A stretch of DNA of 64,000 bases from Thermoanaerobaculia bacterium (GTDB lineage Bacteria; Acidobacteriota; Thermoanaerobaculia; Multivoradales; JAGPDF01), in NCBI GenBank assembly GCA_963806165.1, contig CAWDWZ010000005.1:12394-76393 (forward strand). The letters run 5' to 3'. Positions 52,609 to 61,755 of the stretch are shown here, one piece after another. The position numbers were made by a program, and so were the translations under genes. Numbering within the stretch: the first letter of the stretch is position 1; every line of letters begins with the position of its first letter. The notes under the pieces are model-generated. The model made no database searches. It worked only from the letters and a program-made list of their open reading frames with translations, and was not told where the DNA came from.

Positions 52609-53193
52609 ATGCCGATCTACGAGTTCTATTGCCCCGACTGCCATACGGTTTTCAGCTTCTTCTCGTCGCGCATCGATACCGCTGTTCGGCCGGCCTGTCC
52701 GCAGTGCGGGCGGCCGGAGCTCGGGCGGCGGCCGTCGCGGTTCGCGGCGCTCAAGGGCTCGAAGCCGAGCGCCGGCGGCGGCGGCCATCAGAGCGACGAG
52801 AGCGCCGACATGGACGCCGACGATCCGCTCGCCGGGCTCGACGAGGACCGGATGGCCGGAGTCATGGACTCGCTCGCCGGTGAAATGGAGGGCATGGACG
52901 AGGGCGCGCAGCAGGATCCGAAGCAGCTCGCGAGCTTTCTCGCCCGTTTTCAGGAGGCGACCGGACTCGAGGCCGGCCCGAAGATGGAAGAGATGCTCGC
53001 CCGGCTGAAAGAGGGCGCCGACATGGACGAGCTCGAGGCTGAGATGGGTGGTGCCGGTCCGGAGGGCGAGGGAGGCGAGCTCGGCGAGGGCGGCGGCGAG
53101 CCCGACGACTTCAGCGACTTCTTCCGCAAGAAGCGCGCCGCCGCGGTACGCCGCAAGGCGCCGCGCGTCGACGAGACACTTCACTTTCTCTAG
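52609..53193 (+). CDS. FmdB-family zinc-ribbon protein, 194 aa
   Basis: 'MPIYEFYCPDC..CPQCG'; acidic C-terminus. Confidence 0.9.
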   Translation: MPIYEFYCPDCHTVFSFFSSRIDTAVRPACPQCGRPELGRRPSRFAALKGSKPSAGGGGHQSDESADMDADDPLAGLDEDRMAGVMDSLAGEMEGMDEGAQQDPKQLASFLARFQEATGLEAGPKMEEMLARLKEGADMDELEAEMGGAGPEGEGGELGEGGGEPDDFSDFFRKKRAAAVRRKAPRVDETLHFL

Positions 53194-53232
53194 CGCTTTT
53201 CGCGCCCGGCGCACGGTAAGCTTTCGCATTCC

Positions 53233-54717
53233 GTGGCCCACGAAGAGTCGCCCAGCTCCCGTTTCAAGCCGGTGCCAATCGCCGCCGGGCTCGCTGTCGC
53301 GGCGCTCTTTGCCCTGGTCGACTCGCCGCTCCACCATCAACCGGACGTCGGTTCGCGCCCCGCCATGGCGGCGGCGGTCGCTTCGCTGATGGCGATCTGG
53401 TGGCTGACCGAGGCGATTCCGATCTACTGGACGGCCTGCCTCCCGGTCGTTCTCTTTCCGCTCCTCGGCGTCTTCGGCGACGGTCTCGCGACCGGACTTC
53501 GGGCGTCGCTCTCGCCCTACTTCGACCCCTACATCTTCCTCTTCGCCGGCGGCATGGCGATCGCGGCGGCGATGCAGCAGTGGAACCTCCACCGCCGGCT
53601 CGCCCTCGGCATCATGGAGCGCATCGGCACCGATCCCCGACGGCTCCTCGCCGGAGTCCTCGCGGCCACCGCCTTCCTCTCGCTCTGGATCACCAACACC
53701 GCGACCGCCACCATGATGATGCCGATCGGCGTCGCTCTCATTGTTCAGCTCGAGGCGCGGAGCGGCTTCAAGCTGCGCCACTACGGCATGGCGATCATGC
53801 TGGCGATCGCCTACGGCTCAAATATCGGCGGCATCGGCACCAAGATCGGCACGGCGCCCAACGGCCAGTTCGCGGGCTTCCTCGAGCGCTCGGGCAAGTC
53901 GGTGAGCTTCGTCCAGTTCCTGCTCGTCGGCCTGCCGTTCGTGCTCCTCATGCTGCCGCTCGTCTGGGGAGTCCTCTGGCGCCTCGGACGCAAGGACGGG
54001 CTCGCCGGCGACGCCCGCGAGGTCGTGCGCCGGGAGCTCGCGGCGCTCGGCGCGGTTCGGCGGCCCGAGCGCATCGTCGCCGGCGTCTTCCTCGCCGCCG
54101 CGGCGCTCTGGATCGTGAGCAAGCCGATCGTCGACGAGCTGGCGTTGCTGGTCGTGCCGTTCCAGCTCGGCACCGCGCACGTCGAGGGCGCGATCGCCAT
54201 CGCCGCGGCCCTCGTTCTCCTGTGCTGGCGCTACCGCGGCCGGCAGGTCCTCGAGATCGGCGCGCTCGGGACGGTACCCTGGGAGACGCTCCTCTTGCTG
54301 GGCGGCGGGTTTGCGATGGCCGCGGGCATCCAGCAGAGCGGCCTTTCCGCCTGGTTGGGCGCGCAGCTCGCCGGCATCGCTTCGCTGCCGCCGCTCGCGC
54401 AGATCGTGCTCGCCGCGATCGCCACGGTCGCGCTCTCCGCCGTGGCTTCGAACACCGCGACCATCGCCGTGATGCTGCCGGTGCTCAGGGACGCCGCCGC
54501 GCCCGGCGTGATGACGAGCGTGCTCTTCGCGGCCACGATCGCCGCGTCGTGCGACTTCGCTCTCCCGGCGGGCACGCCGCCGAACGCCATCGTCTTCGGC
54601 AGCGGCTACGTGCGGATTCCGGTCATGGCCAGGATCGGCGTGCAGCTCGATCTCGCCGCAGCCCTGATCGCGGCCCTCTGGTGCTGGGCCGTCGTGCCGC
54701 TCGTGCTGGGGCGCTGA
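53233..54717 (+). CDS. SLC13/DASS family Na+/anion symporter, 494 aa
   Basis: 'WWLTEAIP','SLWITNTAT','GTAPN','WETLLLLGGGF','SNTAT','LPAGTPPNAIVFGSG'. Confidence 0.93.
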   Translation: MAHEESPSSRFKPVPIAAGLAVAALFALVDSPLHHQPDVGSRPAMAAAVASLMAIWWLTEAIPIYWTACLPVVLFPLLGVFGDGLATGLRASLSPYFDPYIFLFAGGMAIAAAMQQWNLHRRLALGIMERIGTDPRRLLAGVLAATAFLSLWITNTATATMMMPIGVALIVQLEARSGFKLRHYGMAIMLAIAYGSNIGGIGTKIGTAPNGQFAGFLERSGKSVSFVQFLLVGLPFVLLMLPLVWGVLWRLGRKDGLAGDAREVVRRELAALGAVRRPERIVAGVFLAAAALWIVSKPIVDELALLVVPFQLGTAHVEGAIAIAAALVLLCWRYRGRQVLEIGALGTVPWETLLLLGGGFAMAAGIQQSGLSAWLGAQLAGIASLPPLAQIVLAAIATVALSAVASNTATIAVMLPVLRDAAAPGVMTSVLFAATIAASCDFALPAGTPPNAIVFGSGYVRIPVMARIGVQLDLAAALIAALWCWAVVPLVLGR

Positions 54718-54781
54718 GGCGGCGTCAACGAGGACGTCGGGAGAAACTCCGTTCGTTCTGGGGGGTGACCGCGCTCCGGGG

Positions 54782-56032
54782 TCAGGCGGAAAGCGCGCTC
54801 TGCTCGTGCTCGCGCAGCCGGCGCTCGAACTGGCGGCCGAAGACGCGCTTCATCACCGCGAGCTTGGCGCTCTGCCAGAGGTAGCGCTTCGGCGAGAAAC
54901 CGCGGCACTCCTCCGGCAGCAGCACCAGGGAGACGTGGATATTGGGCGCGCAGCCGATCGGCAAGCCCTTCTCCATGCAGCTCTCGTAGAGATGGCGGAA
55001 GATCGGCACCATGTCCTCGGTCTTCGGCGGCTCGTGGTCCTCGAGGTCGGTGCCCACGAGCGGCCGGAAGACGCAGACGGTCGGGATGGCTCCCACCGAG
55101 GTGATCCAGTCGATCGCCCGGATCGACGAGCCCGGAGGCTCGAGACCGGCGATGATCTCGCCGTTGGTGACCCAGGGCTCGTCGGACGGCCCTTTGCCGG
55201 TGAGCGCCGCGCAGTAGCGGATCGCCTCGAGATAGAAGTCCAGTCCGTATTCGGCATGCTTGCCGGGACAGATCTCCTCGAAGAGATCGCGATTGAAGAT
55301 CTCGAAGCAGAACGAGACGCGGTTGACGCCGATCTCCCGCAGGTGGTCGTAGCGCTTGAGGTCGCGGTGCGGCGGCGTCTGCACCCCGACGAGAAGGCCC
55401 AGCTCCTCCTTGATGCGCAGGATGTAGGGCTCGAGAATGTCGAGATAGGTGTCGCCCTCGTAGTGGCCGGTGTTGAAGTCGACGTAGGTGATGCCCGATT
55501 CCCGGCGGGCCGCGTGCACCACCTCGAGCACCTCGTCGACCGACTTCTCGTCGGCGTCGTCGATGCCGAGGTTCAGACCGACCGAGCAGAACTTGCAGTT
55601 GACCTTCTGCGGCTTCTCCGTCCAGTACTCGCAGACCTTCGCCTGATAGATCCCGAGGTAGGTCCCCTGCAGGGTTCCGATGCGGGTCATCGGCTTGTCG
55701 GTCGCCGTGGAGCTGTCGTACCAGACCGGACGCGGCGAGAGGTCGACCGGAGCGAGCGGCACCTCGTCGCGATAGAGCCAGTAGCGGCTCTTGGCGGCCG
55801 TACCCTTGTGCAGCACATAGGGCGACTTCGCCGCGAACGGCTCCGACACGGGAGCGTTCGTCCACAGCCCGCCGGGCAGAATGAGCTCGAGCCCCGAGCC
55901 GAGACCGGCGCGGGTGCGCAGGATCTTGCGACCGCCGTCCTCCTCGATGAAGCAGGAATCATCCAGGCGCAGCCCCTTGCAGTAGAGGTCGAGCTTCAGC
56001 AGAGCCGGATTGGAACGCAGGTCGTCGAGCAT
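54782..56032 (-). CDS. Radical SAM protein with a non-canonical CX11CX2C motif, 416 aa
   Basis: GAGGA RBS. 'CEYWTEKPQKVNCKFC','EIIAGLEP','PTVCVFRPLVGT'. Confidence 0.83.
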   Translation of the reverse strand: MLDDLRSNPALLKLDLYCKGLRLDDSCFIEEDGGRKILRTRAGLGSGLELILPGGLWTNAPVSEPFAAKSPYVLHKGTAAKSRYWLYRDEVPLAPVDLSPRPVWYDSSTATDKPMTRIGTLQGTYLGIYQAKVCEYWTEKPQKVNCKFCSVGLNLGIDDADEKSVDEVLEVVHAARRESGITYVDFNTGHYEGDTYLDILEPYILRIKEELGLLVGVQTPPHRDLKRYDHLREIGVNRVSFCFEIFNRDLFEEICPGKHAEYGLDFYLEAIRYCAALTGKGPSDEPWVTNGEIIAGLEPPGSSIRAIDWITSVGAIPTVCVFRPLVGTDLEDHEPPKTEDMVPIFRHLYESCMEKGLPIGCAPNIHVSLVLLPEECRGFSPKRYLWQSAKLAVMKRVFGRQFERRLREHEQSALSA

Positions 56033-56141
56033 CTTTCCTCCGCAACGTGTGGAGCATGGCGCCGAGCCGGGAAGTCCGTCACCGTCCGGCCGGGTGGTGC
56101 ACAAGCTTACTCCCCGTGGGTTCGGGGGGGCATGACCGGCG

Positions 56142-57200
56142 TCATGCCGCCGGGGGCGGTGCCGAAGTGCCACCCGACTCGGGCTCCCGCTCGAGCGCAA
56201 AGGCCAGGCGATAGCTCGCGAAGGCGAGAAGGATGCCGGCGTAGCCGTCCACGGCGTAATGCCAGCCGGTGACCAGCGAGCCCAGGAAAGTGAGAAACGT
56301 CGCCACGATGAAGACCAGGGCGATGGGCCGGGCGTGGCGCCAGGACCAGAAAGCAAAGAGGGCGTGCGCTCCAACGTGCAGAGAAGGCATCGCGGCGATC
56401 GCGTAGATCGGATTGAACTCGCGCAGCACGCCGTTCCGGCCGGCGAGCATCTTCTGGTAGTTGGCCCAGAGCGCTTCGTGCATCGCGCTCGCAGCGGGCA
56501 TCTTCGCGGCGATCTCCCGCCACAACTCCGGAACGTAGTAGATCGGCCCGACTGCGGGCAGCGCGACATAGAGCCAGCAGCCCAGGCCCCAGAGAAAGAC
56601 GCAGGAGAGCATGAAGCGGCGGCGCAGCAGGGAGTCGGTGCTGGCGGTGAAGAACGCGAGCATCACCAGGACGGACGGCGTCCAGAGGCCGTACCAGCGG
56701 TCGAGCCAGCCGGCGAGCGAGCTCTTTTCGAGGAGCGCGGTCGCGAAGACCGAAGGCGAGAACCCGAAGTGCAGAAACCGGTCGAGCTTCCAGAGCGCCG
56801 GGTCGTAGAGGTCGGCGCGCAGGAGCGGGACGCAGACCTTGACCCAGAAATAGGTATAGGTGAGTGCCATGCAGACGATCCAGAGCCGCAACCAGAGTCC
56901 CCACCAGCGCCAGCTCTTGAGCGCCTGAAGAAAGACCGCAAGCGGCCTGCGCAGGAGGAGCAAGACGAGCAGCTGCAAGCCGACCCCGATAAGCAGAGGC
57001 TTCGGCAGGGCGTGCACCATCGGATAGACGGTGTACTCGACGGTCCTCCAGTCGATGCGCATCCCCTTGGAACGCAGAAAGAGAATGCTCCCCGCGGTCA
57101 ACAGGAGACAGATCCACTCGAAGGGGTAGAGCGGCAGGCGGCGCAGCATCGCCGCGAGACGCGACAGGCGCGGACGGGCCGGCTGGGGTTCGGAGGGCAT
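56142..57200 (-). CDS. PAP2_3 / inositol-phosphorylceramide-synthase (AUR1)-like membrane protein, 352 aa
   Basis: 'YVALPAVGP','AAMPSLHVG','GWHYAVDGYAG'; multiple TM helices. Confidence 0.85.
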   Translation of the reverse strand: MPSEPQPARPRLSRLAAMLRRLPLYPFEWICLLLTAGSILFLRSKGMRIDWRTVEYTVYPMVHALPKPLLIGVGLQLLVLLLLRRPLAVFLQALKSWRWWGLWLRLWIVCMALTYTYFWVKVCVPLLRADLYDPALWKLDRFLHFGFSPSVFATALLEKSSLAGWLDRWYGLWTPSVLVMLAFFTASTDSLLRRRFMLSCVFLWGLGCWLYVALPAVGPIYYVPELWREIAAKMPAASAMHEALWANYQKMLAGRNGVLREFNPIYAIAAMPSLHVGAHALFAFWSWRHARPIALVFIVATFLTFLGSLVTGWHYAVDGYAGILLAFASYRLAFALEREPESGGTSAPPPAA

Positions 57201-57283
57201 CAACGGAATCGGGTTGTCGGGCGTCGGACCGAGGTCAGTCTACCGGAGCCCTCGACATCGCCGGCCCCGGCCCACCCCGTGGA

Positions 57284-58387
57284 GTGGGCACGGCCCGCCG
57301 GCTCCGTTCTACATTGCGCAGTCGAATGCACAGTTCGGAACCGCATCGCGGCGAGCGGCGCGTCCAGAGGAAGGACGCGGATCCCCGCCGGCTCGCTCTG
57401 GCGGAAGGCGCAGCTGCCGACCCGGCGGAGGTGGCCGCGTGCGCCCGCCTGCTCACCGTACGCTTCGCAGGAGCCGGCACTTTGGTGAGCGAGGCGCCCT
57501 GTGCCCGCCTGACCAACTCCGTTCTGGGAGAGTCGTCGCCGGTCGGGCTCTGGTTCTCCGATCTCCCGGCGCAGCGCGGACGCCTCGGCCGAGTCGACTG
57601 GGCCGAGAACGGCAGCATCCTGTTCGGCAGCCTCGCATCGCACCTCGAGGGAGACCTCGCCCGCGAGACGGAGGCGCACTTCTCCGTCCTGCTCGAGGCG
57701 GCAGAAGCGCAGGGCTTTCCCCATCTCCTGCGGGTCTGGAACTTCCTCCCCGGCATCAATGCGGAAGAGGGGGGTATCGAGCGCTACAAGCTCTTCAACT
57801 GCGGCCGGGCAGCCGCCTTCGACGCGCGCTACGGCGTGGCTGGAGCTGAAATGCGTTTTTCGGCGTCGTCGGCGGTGGGCAGCACCGGCGATCATCTGGT
57901 GAGCTATTTCGCCGCCGCCCGATCGCCCGGAAGGCACCTCGGCAACCCCAGGCAAGTGCACGCTTTTCGCTACCCCACCGACTACGGTCCGCGCCCGCCG
58001 TCGTTCACGCGGGCCACCGTCTCGCCACCGGAGCTCGGACGGATCCTCTTCCTCTCCGGCACGGCGAGCATCACCGGGCACGAGACCCGCCACGCGGGCA
58101 AGTTGCAGCTCCAGCTCCAGGAGACCCTGGACAACATCGATACTCTGCTCGCCTCCGCGACTCCAGGCGGCGCGAGCGCCGCCCGGACCGAGGAGGGGGC
58201 GCTGCCGCGCATCGAAGAGTTCGACCTGATCCGCGTCTATCTGCGCGCTGCGGCCGACCTCGTGAACGTGCACGGGCCGTTGCGCCGCCGCGTCGGCCCG
58301 CGTCCGGTGCTGAGCTTCGTCGAAGCCGACATCTGTCGCGCCGATCTCTTGCTCGAGATCGAAGGGGTCGCCGGCCTTCCGGGTTGA
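57284..58387 (+). CDS. FkbO/Hyg5/XanB2-family chorismatase (start may be ATG 57326)
   Basis: 'HLLRVWNFLPGIN..ERYKLFNCGR','NPRQV.AFRYP..YGPRPPSF.RA','SGTASI.GHET.H','ADICRADLLLEIEG'. Confidence 0.87.
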   Translation: MGTARRLRSTLRSRMHSSEPHRGERRVQRKDADPRRLALAEGAAADPAEVAACARLLTVRFAGAGTLVSEAPCARLTNSVLGESSPVGLWFSDLPAQRGRLGRVDWAENGSILFGSLASHLEGDLARETEAHFSVLLEAAEAQGFPHLLRVWNFLPGINAEEGGIERYKLFNCGRAAAFDARYGVAGAEMRFSASSAVGSTGDHLVSYFAAARSPGRHLGNPRQVHAFRYPTDYGPRPPSFTRATVSPPELGRILFLSGTASITGHETRHAGKLQLQLQETLDNIDTLLASATPGGASAARTEEGALPRIEEFDLIRVYLRAAADLVNVHGPLRRRVGPRPVLSFVEADICRADLLLEIEGVAGLPG

Positions 58388-58686
58388 GGCCCAGGGCTGA
58401 GGTGCCACCCTCTTAGTTCACCGAGGCACTTGGGATTAGCGGCTCTTAGAGAACCGAGCATCAGAGGCCTGCTTTACAGCTCCATTCGGGCCCTCCTCGA
58501 GCCGGCCCATTCATACTCCGAGGTCCGATGCCTGCGCGGCCGTTGAAATGGAGTCGGCGCCCCTCCCACCAATCCCAAGATCGCACACCGTTCGCCCAGT
58601 CGGCTGCTCCAGTGAGGAGAAACCGCAAAGCGCCCTTCCTGGCTCTTTCAAAGCGCTCCAGGAGAGCCTTCTGAGTATGTGCCGGC

Positions 58687-59628
58687 CTATCCCGGAGCAC
58701 CCTCACCGACAAACGGGCTAGGCGGTGGGAAGGATCCTTCAGGAAAGAAGGAAACCAGATCCAAACCGATAACACCCTGGCGAAGCTGCTTCGAGGCCTT
58801 GCGGAAGGCCGCAACGAACACCCGGTAAGCCTCTTTCAGTGACAATCGAACCGCCCTTGTGGCAGCGTGCACCAGTGGCGCAGGACCCTTCTTGCTCCGA
58901 ATGGGTGATCGGTAAGGGTGTTGGCGAAGGAGCTTCGGCTGACCGAGCGGAAGCCGACCGGTATCCCTAATTCGGCGCTCGGTCTCCGCCTCCACTAGTC
59001 CCACGAGTTCGGCGATTCGAGTGCGGCGGGCCTCCGCCCCCCAGCCCTTCCAGCAGGGAAGAGGTGCAAGCCGAAGAACTTCCATAGAGGTGGAGTCTGA
59101 AGGCTGCAGACAAATGCGCTTCCGCCGGGCCTCGTACTCCATGGTTCGGTCGAACCACCGCCCTTGGACCACTTGGTTGGTCAACAAAGCGCTCACCGAG
59201 GTTGCTCCGGGCCAGTCCGTCGGTCGGCGAACCAGGTTCTCTTTGCAGCCGTGCCGCAGTATATAGAGCAGGCGAGCTACCTGAGCCGCTTCCTCATCCG
59301 AGACGAGGATCTCCTGGTACCGACGACCCCAAAACTTTTCGCGCCAATCGATGGCCCGGCCAACCTCCCGAGCGAGATTCGAGTTCAAGTAGTTCATGAA
59401 CTCGGAAAGCCGCCGGGCGCTGGAGACCGAGAGCAGAAGGTGAAAGTGGTTGCTTAGGAAGGCGAAAGCGTGGACATCGACCGGGTAGAGACGGGCCGCG
59501 CGCGCGAGTATTCCGCGACAAATATCGGCGATGAGCGGGGAGGGATGCAAAAGAAGCCTCCCTTGCATGGTTCGGCAGGTGACTTCGACCAGGGATCCAG
59601 GCGGAACAAATCGAATTCGGCGGCTCAT
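58687..59628 (-). CDS. REP-associated tyrosine (Y1/HUH) transposase, 313 aa
   Basis: 'VEVTCRT','VHAFAFLSNHFHLLL','FWGRRY','LLYILRH..ENLV..DWPG'. Confidence 0.85.
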   Translation of the reverse strand: MSRRIRFVPPGSLVEVTCRTMQGRLLLHPSPLIADICRGILARAARLYPVDVHAFAFLSNHFHLLLSVSSARRLSEFMNYLNSNLAREVGRAIDWREKFWGRRYQEILVSDEEAAQVARLLYILRHGCKENLVRRPTDWPGATSVSALLTNQVVQGRWFDRTMEYEARRKRICLQPSDSTSMEVLRLAPLPCWKGWGAEARRTRIAELVGLVEAETERRIRDTGRLPLGQPKLLRQHPYRSPIRSKKGPAPLVHAATRAVRLSLKEAYRVFVAAFRKASKQLRQGVIGLDLVSFFPEGSFPPPSPFVGEGAPG

Positions 59629-59662
59629 GCACACAAAAGACGGTATTTCGGCCTGCAATCTG

Positions 59663-59747
59663 GCGCGATTCGGATGGCACCTCACAGGGGCAGCGCGATT
59701 CGGATGGCACCTCACAGGGGCACCTCACAGGGCAGCACCTCACAGGG
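59663..59747. repeat. Tandem repeats upstream of the RAYT gene: 2x 30-bp unit and 4x GCACCTCACAGGG
   Basis: GCGCGATTCGGATGGCACCTCACAGGGGCA starts at 59663 and 59693; two further core copies follow. Confidence 0.85.
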
Positions 59748-59750
59748 CCA

Positions 59751-60194
59751 CTAGCTCGCGATCAGCACCTCGGGCTCGAGCTCGATGGTGGCGCGCATGG
59801 CGCGCGCGACGAGGCAGGTCTCTTCGGCCTTCCCGATCATCTTCATCGCCTTCTCCCGGTCCTCCTCCCGGCGCACCGTGACCCGCGGCCGCAGGACGAT
59901 CCTCGGGATCGAGACCCGGCCGTCGTCGCCGCGCTCGACGATCGCCTCTCCCGCCGCCTCGACCGCCACCACCTCCAGCCGCGCCCGCTCGGCATAAGCC
60001 AGGAACGTCGTGAACCAGCAGGTCGTCGCGGCGCCCACGAACAGGTGCTCCGGTGTCCACCGACCGCCGGGCCCGCCGAATTGCGGCGGCGAGGCGATCT
60101 CGATCTCCGGCAGGCCGTCCGGGGAGCTCGCCATGCCGCGTTTGCCCTCGAGCCAGCGGACCGAGAACGGATACGTGCTGTGTACCTCTGTCAT
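59751..60194 (-). CDS. OsmC/Ohr-family protein, 147 aa
   Basis: GGAGG RBS. 'SPPQFGG.GGRWTPEHLF..C' and 'KAEETCLVARA' (two Cys). Confidence 0.9.
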   Translation of the reverse strand: MTEVHSTYPFSVRWLEGKRGMASSPDGLPEIEIASPPQFGGPGGRWTPEHLFVGAATTCWFTTFLAYAERARLEVVAVEAAGEAIVERGDDGRVSIPRIVLRPRVTVRREEDREKAMKMIGKAEETCLVARAMRATIELEPEVLIAS

Positions 60195-60344
60195 TCGAGC
60201 CTCCAGCGGGAGATGTTGATCCCGCCCGCCCCGGAAGTCGCCGCCCCGTAGGGTTGGCTGGCGAACGCCAAGCGCCCGTACCGGGCTCCCGGGTGTGACA
60301 CAAATTTGACGGTCGTTCACGGAACGTAATAATCTCGCCCTCCG

Positions 60345-61211
60345 ATGGCCCCGCCGCGCTCGCAGGACCTGGTCTTCACCCTCTTCGGCGACTACCTGCT
60401 CGGCCGCGAGCGGCCGGTCTGGGTCGGCTCCCTGATCCTCCTGCTGGGGCGCCTGGGCATGTCCGCGCCAGCGACCCGCACGGCTCTTTCCCGGATGACC
60501 GCACGCGGCTGGTTGATGACGACCCGGCGCGGCGGACGCGGCTACTACGGTCTCTCGCCGCGGGCCCGACGCCTGCTCGAAGAGGGGCGGCAGCGGATCT
60601 ACCATCCGCCTCGCCATGTCGCCTGGGACGGCTCCTGGTGCCTCGTCACCTACTCGATTCCCGAGTCGCGGCGGCGCCTGCGCGACAGCCTGCGCTCGAA
60701 GCTCTCCTGGCTCGGCTGCGGGGCGCTCGCCAACGGCCTCTGGATCACGCCGCACAACGTGCGCGAGGAGGTCGCCGACATCGCCCGCCGGCTCAAAGTG
60801 ACGCGCCACGTCGAGATCTTCCGGGGGGAGCACACCGGCTTCTCGAACGCGGCGGAGTTGGTGGCGCAGTGCTGGGACCTTCCCGCCGTCAACGCCAGCT
60901 ATCGCCGCTTCATCGATCGCTGGGCTCCCCAGCTCGCCCACTGCGGCCAGTGCCGGCACGCCGGCTCCGAGCTCGCGCGCGGCCGCTTCGCGCGCCCCTG
61001 CACCAGCCCCGAAGACTGCTTCGAACGGCGCTTCGAGCTCGTGCACGCCTACCGCGCCTTCCCGGCGAGCGATCCGTTCCTGCCCAAGGCGCTCCTGCCG
61101 GACGGCTGGCTCGGGGATCGCGCGGCCGAGCTCTTCGAGACCTACCACGCGGTGCTCGCCGAGCCGGCCGAGAGCTACATCCAGGAAGTCTGCGCCGCCG
61201 GAGACGCTTAG
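60345..61211 (+). CDS. PaaX-family transcriptional repressor, 288 aa
   Basis: 'LVFTLFGDY','RTALSRM..RGWL','WDGSW','QCWDL','DPFLPKALLPDGW.G'. Confidence 0.92.
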   Translation: MAPPRSQDLVFTLFGDYLLGRERPVWVGSLILLLGRLGMSAPATRTALSRMTARGWLMTTRRGGRGYYGLSPRARRLLEEGRQRIYHPPRHVAWDGSWCLVTYSIPESRRRLRDSLRSKLSWLGCGALANGLWITPHNVREEVADIARRLKVTRHVEIFRGEHTGFSNAAELVAQCWDLPAVNASYRRFIDRWAPQLAHCGQCRHAGSELARGRFARPCTSPEDCFERRFELVHAYRAFPASDPFLPKALLPDGWLGDRAAELFETYHAVLAEPAESYIQEVCAAGDA

Positions 61212-61672
61212 GTCGGCTCTCCAGCCGGATCCGCCGCGGCTCGGCGGATGAGCTCCACGATCTCCCCGCTCTGCACCACGGTCGCCGCCTGGTTGGCGAG
61301 CTCGGCGGCGAAGGTCACGACGCCGCGGTTCCTGCCCGGCAGGTCGCGTTGCGCGGCCACCCGGAGCCGCAAGCGCAGCCGGTCGCCCGGCCGGATCGGG
61401 GCGACGAACTTCCAGTCGATCCCGAGCAGGGCCACGAGCGTCCCGGCAGTGAGCCCTTTAAGGGCCATCAATCCGGTGGCCAGCGCGATCCCGAGGGCCC
61501 CGTGGGCCACCCTCCCGCCGAAGGGCGTCTGGCGGGCGTAGTCGTCGTCTAGGTGGAGGGGATTCAAGTCCCCGGAGAGCTCGGCGAAGGCGCGAATGTC
61601 GGCGTCGGTGACCGCGCGCTCGCCGCAGTCGAATTCGCGGCCCGGCCAGAATTCCTCGAAATGGAGCCCCAT
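61208..61672 (-). CDS. MaoC-family dehydratase (hot-dog fold), 154 aa
   Basis: 'FAELSGDLNPLHLDDDYA..FGGRVAHG','KFVAPIRPGD'. Confidence 0.92.
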   Translation of the reverse strand: MGLHFEEFWPGREFDCGERAVTDADIRAFAELSGDLNPLHLDDDYARQTPFGGRVAHGALGIALATGLMALKGLTAGTLVALLGIDWKFVAPIRPGDRLRLRLRVAAQRDLPGRNRGVVTFAAELANQAATVVQSGEIVELIRRAAADPAGEPT

Positions 61673-61707
61673 GGGCAAGTCTCCCTCAGGCGAGCTCAAT
61701 ATATCAC

Positions 61708-61736
61708 TTTACAAACGTCCGTACAGGTAGTGTAAT
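61708..61736 (+). promoter_or_regulatory. Possible sigma70 promoter of the oah-bcr operon
   Basis: AT-rich intergenic region with TTTACA-17 nt-TGTAAT, followed by a GGAGG RBS. Confidence 0.4.
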
Positions 61737-61755
61737 ATGCAGCCGGAGGTTCTCC

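Larger units (their letters stand above)
58398..59747. mobile_element. RAYT-type HUH transposase element bounded by inverted repeats
   Basis: Left TGAGGTGCCACCC (58398-58410) is the 12/13 reverse complement of right GGATGGCACCTCA (59672-59684 and 59702-59714). The interior is lower in GC. Confidence 0.65.

Noticed and set aside
59663-59747. Possible mini-CRISPR array
   Set aside because: The repeats are directly tandem with no unique spacers, and there are no cas genes.
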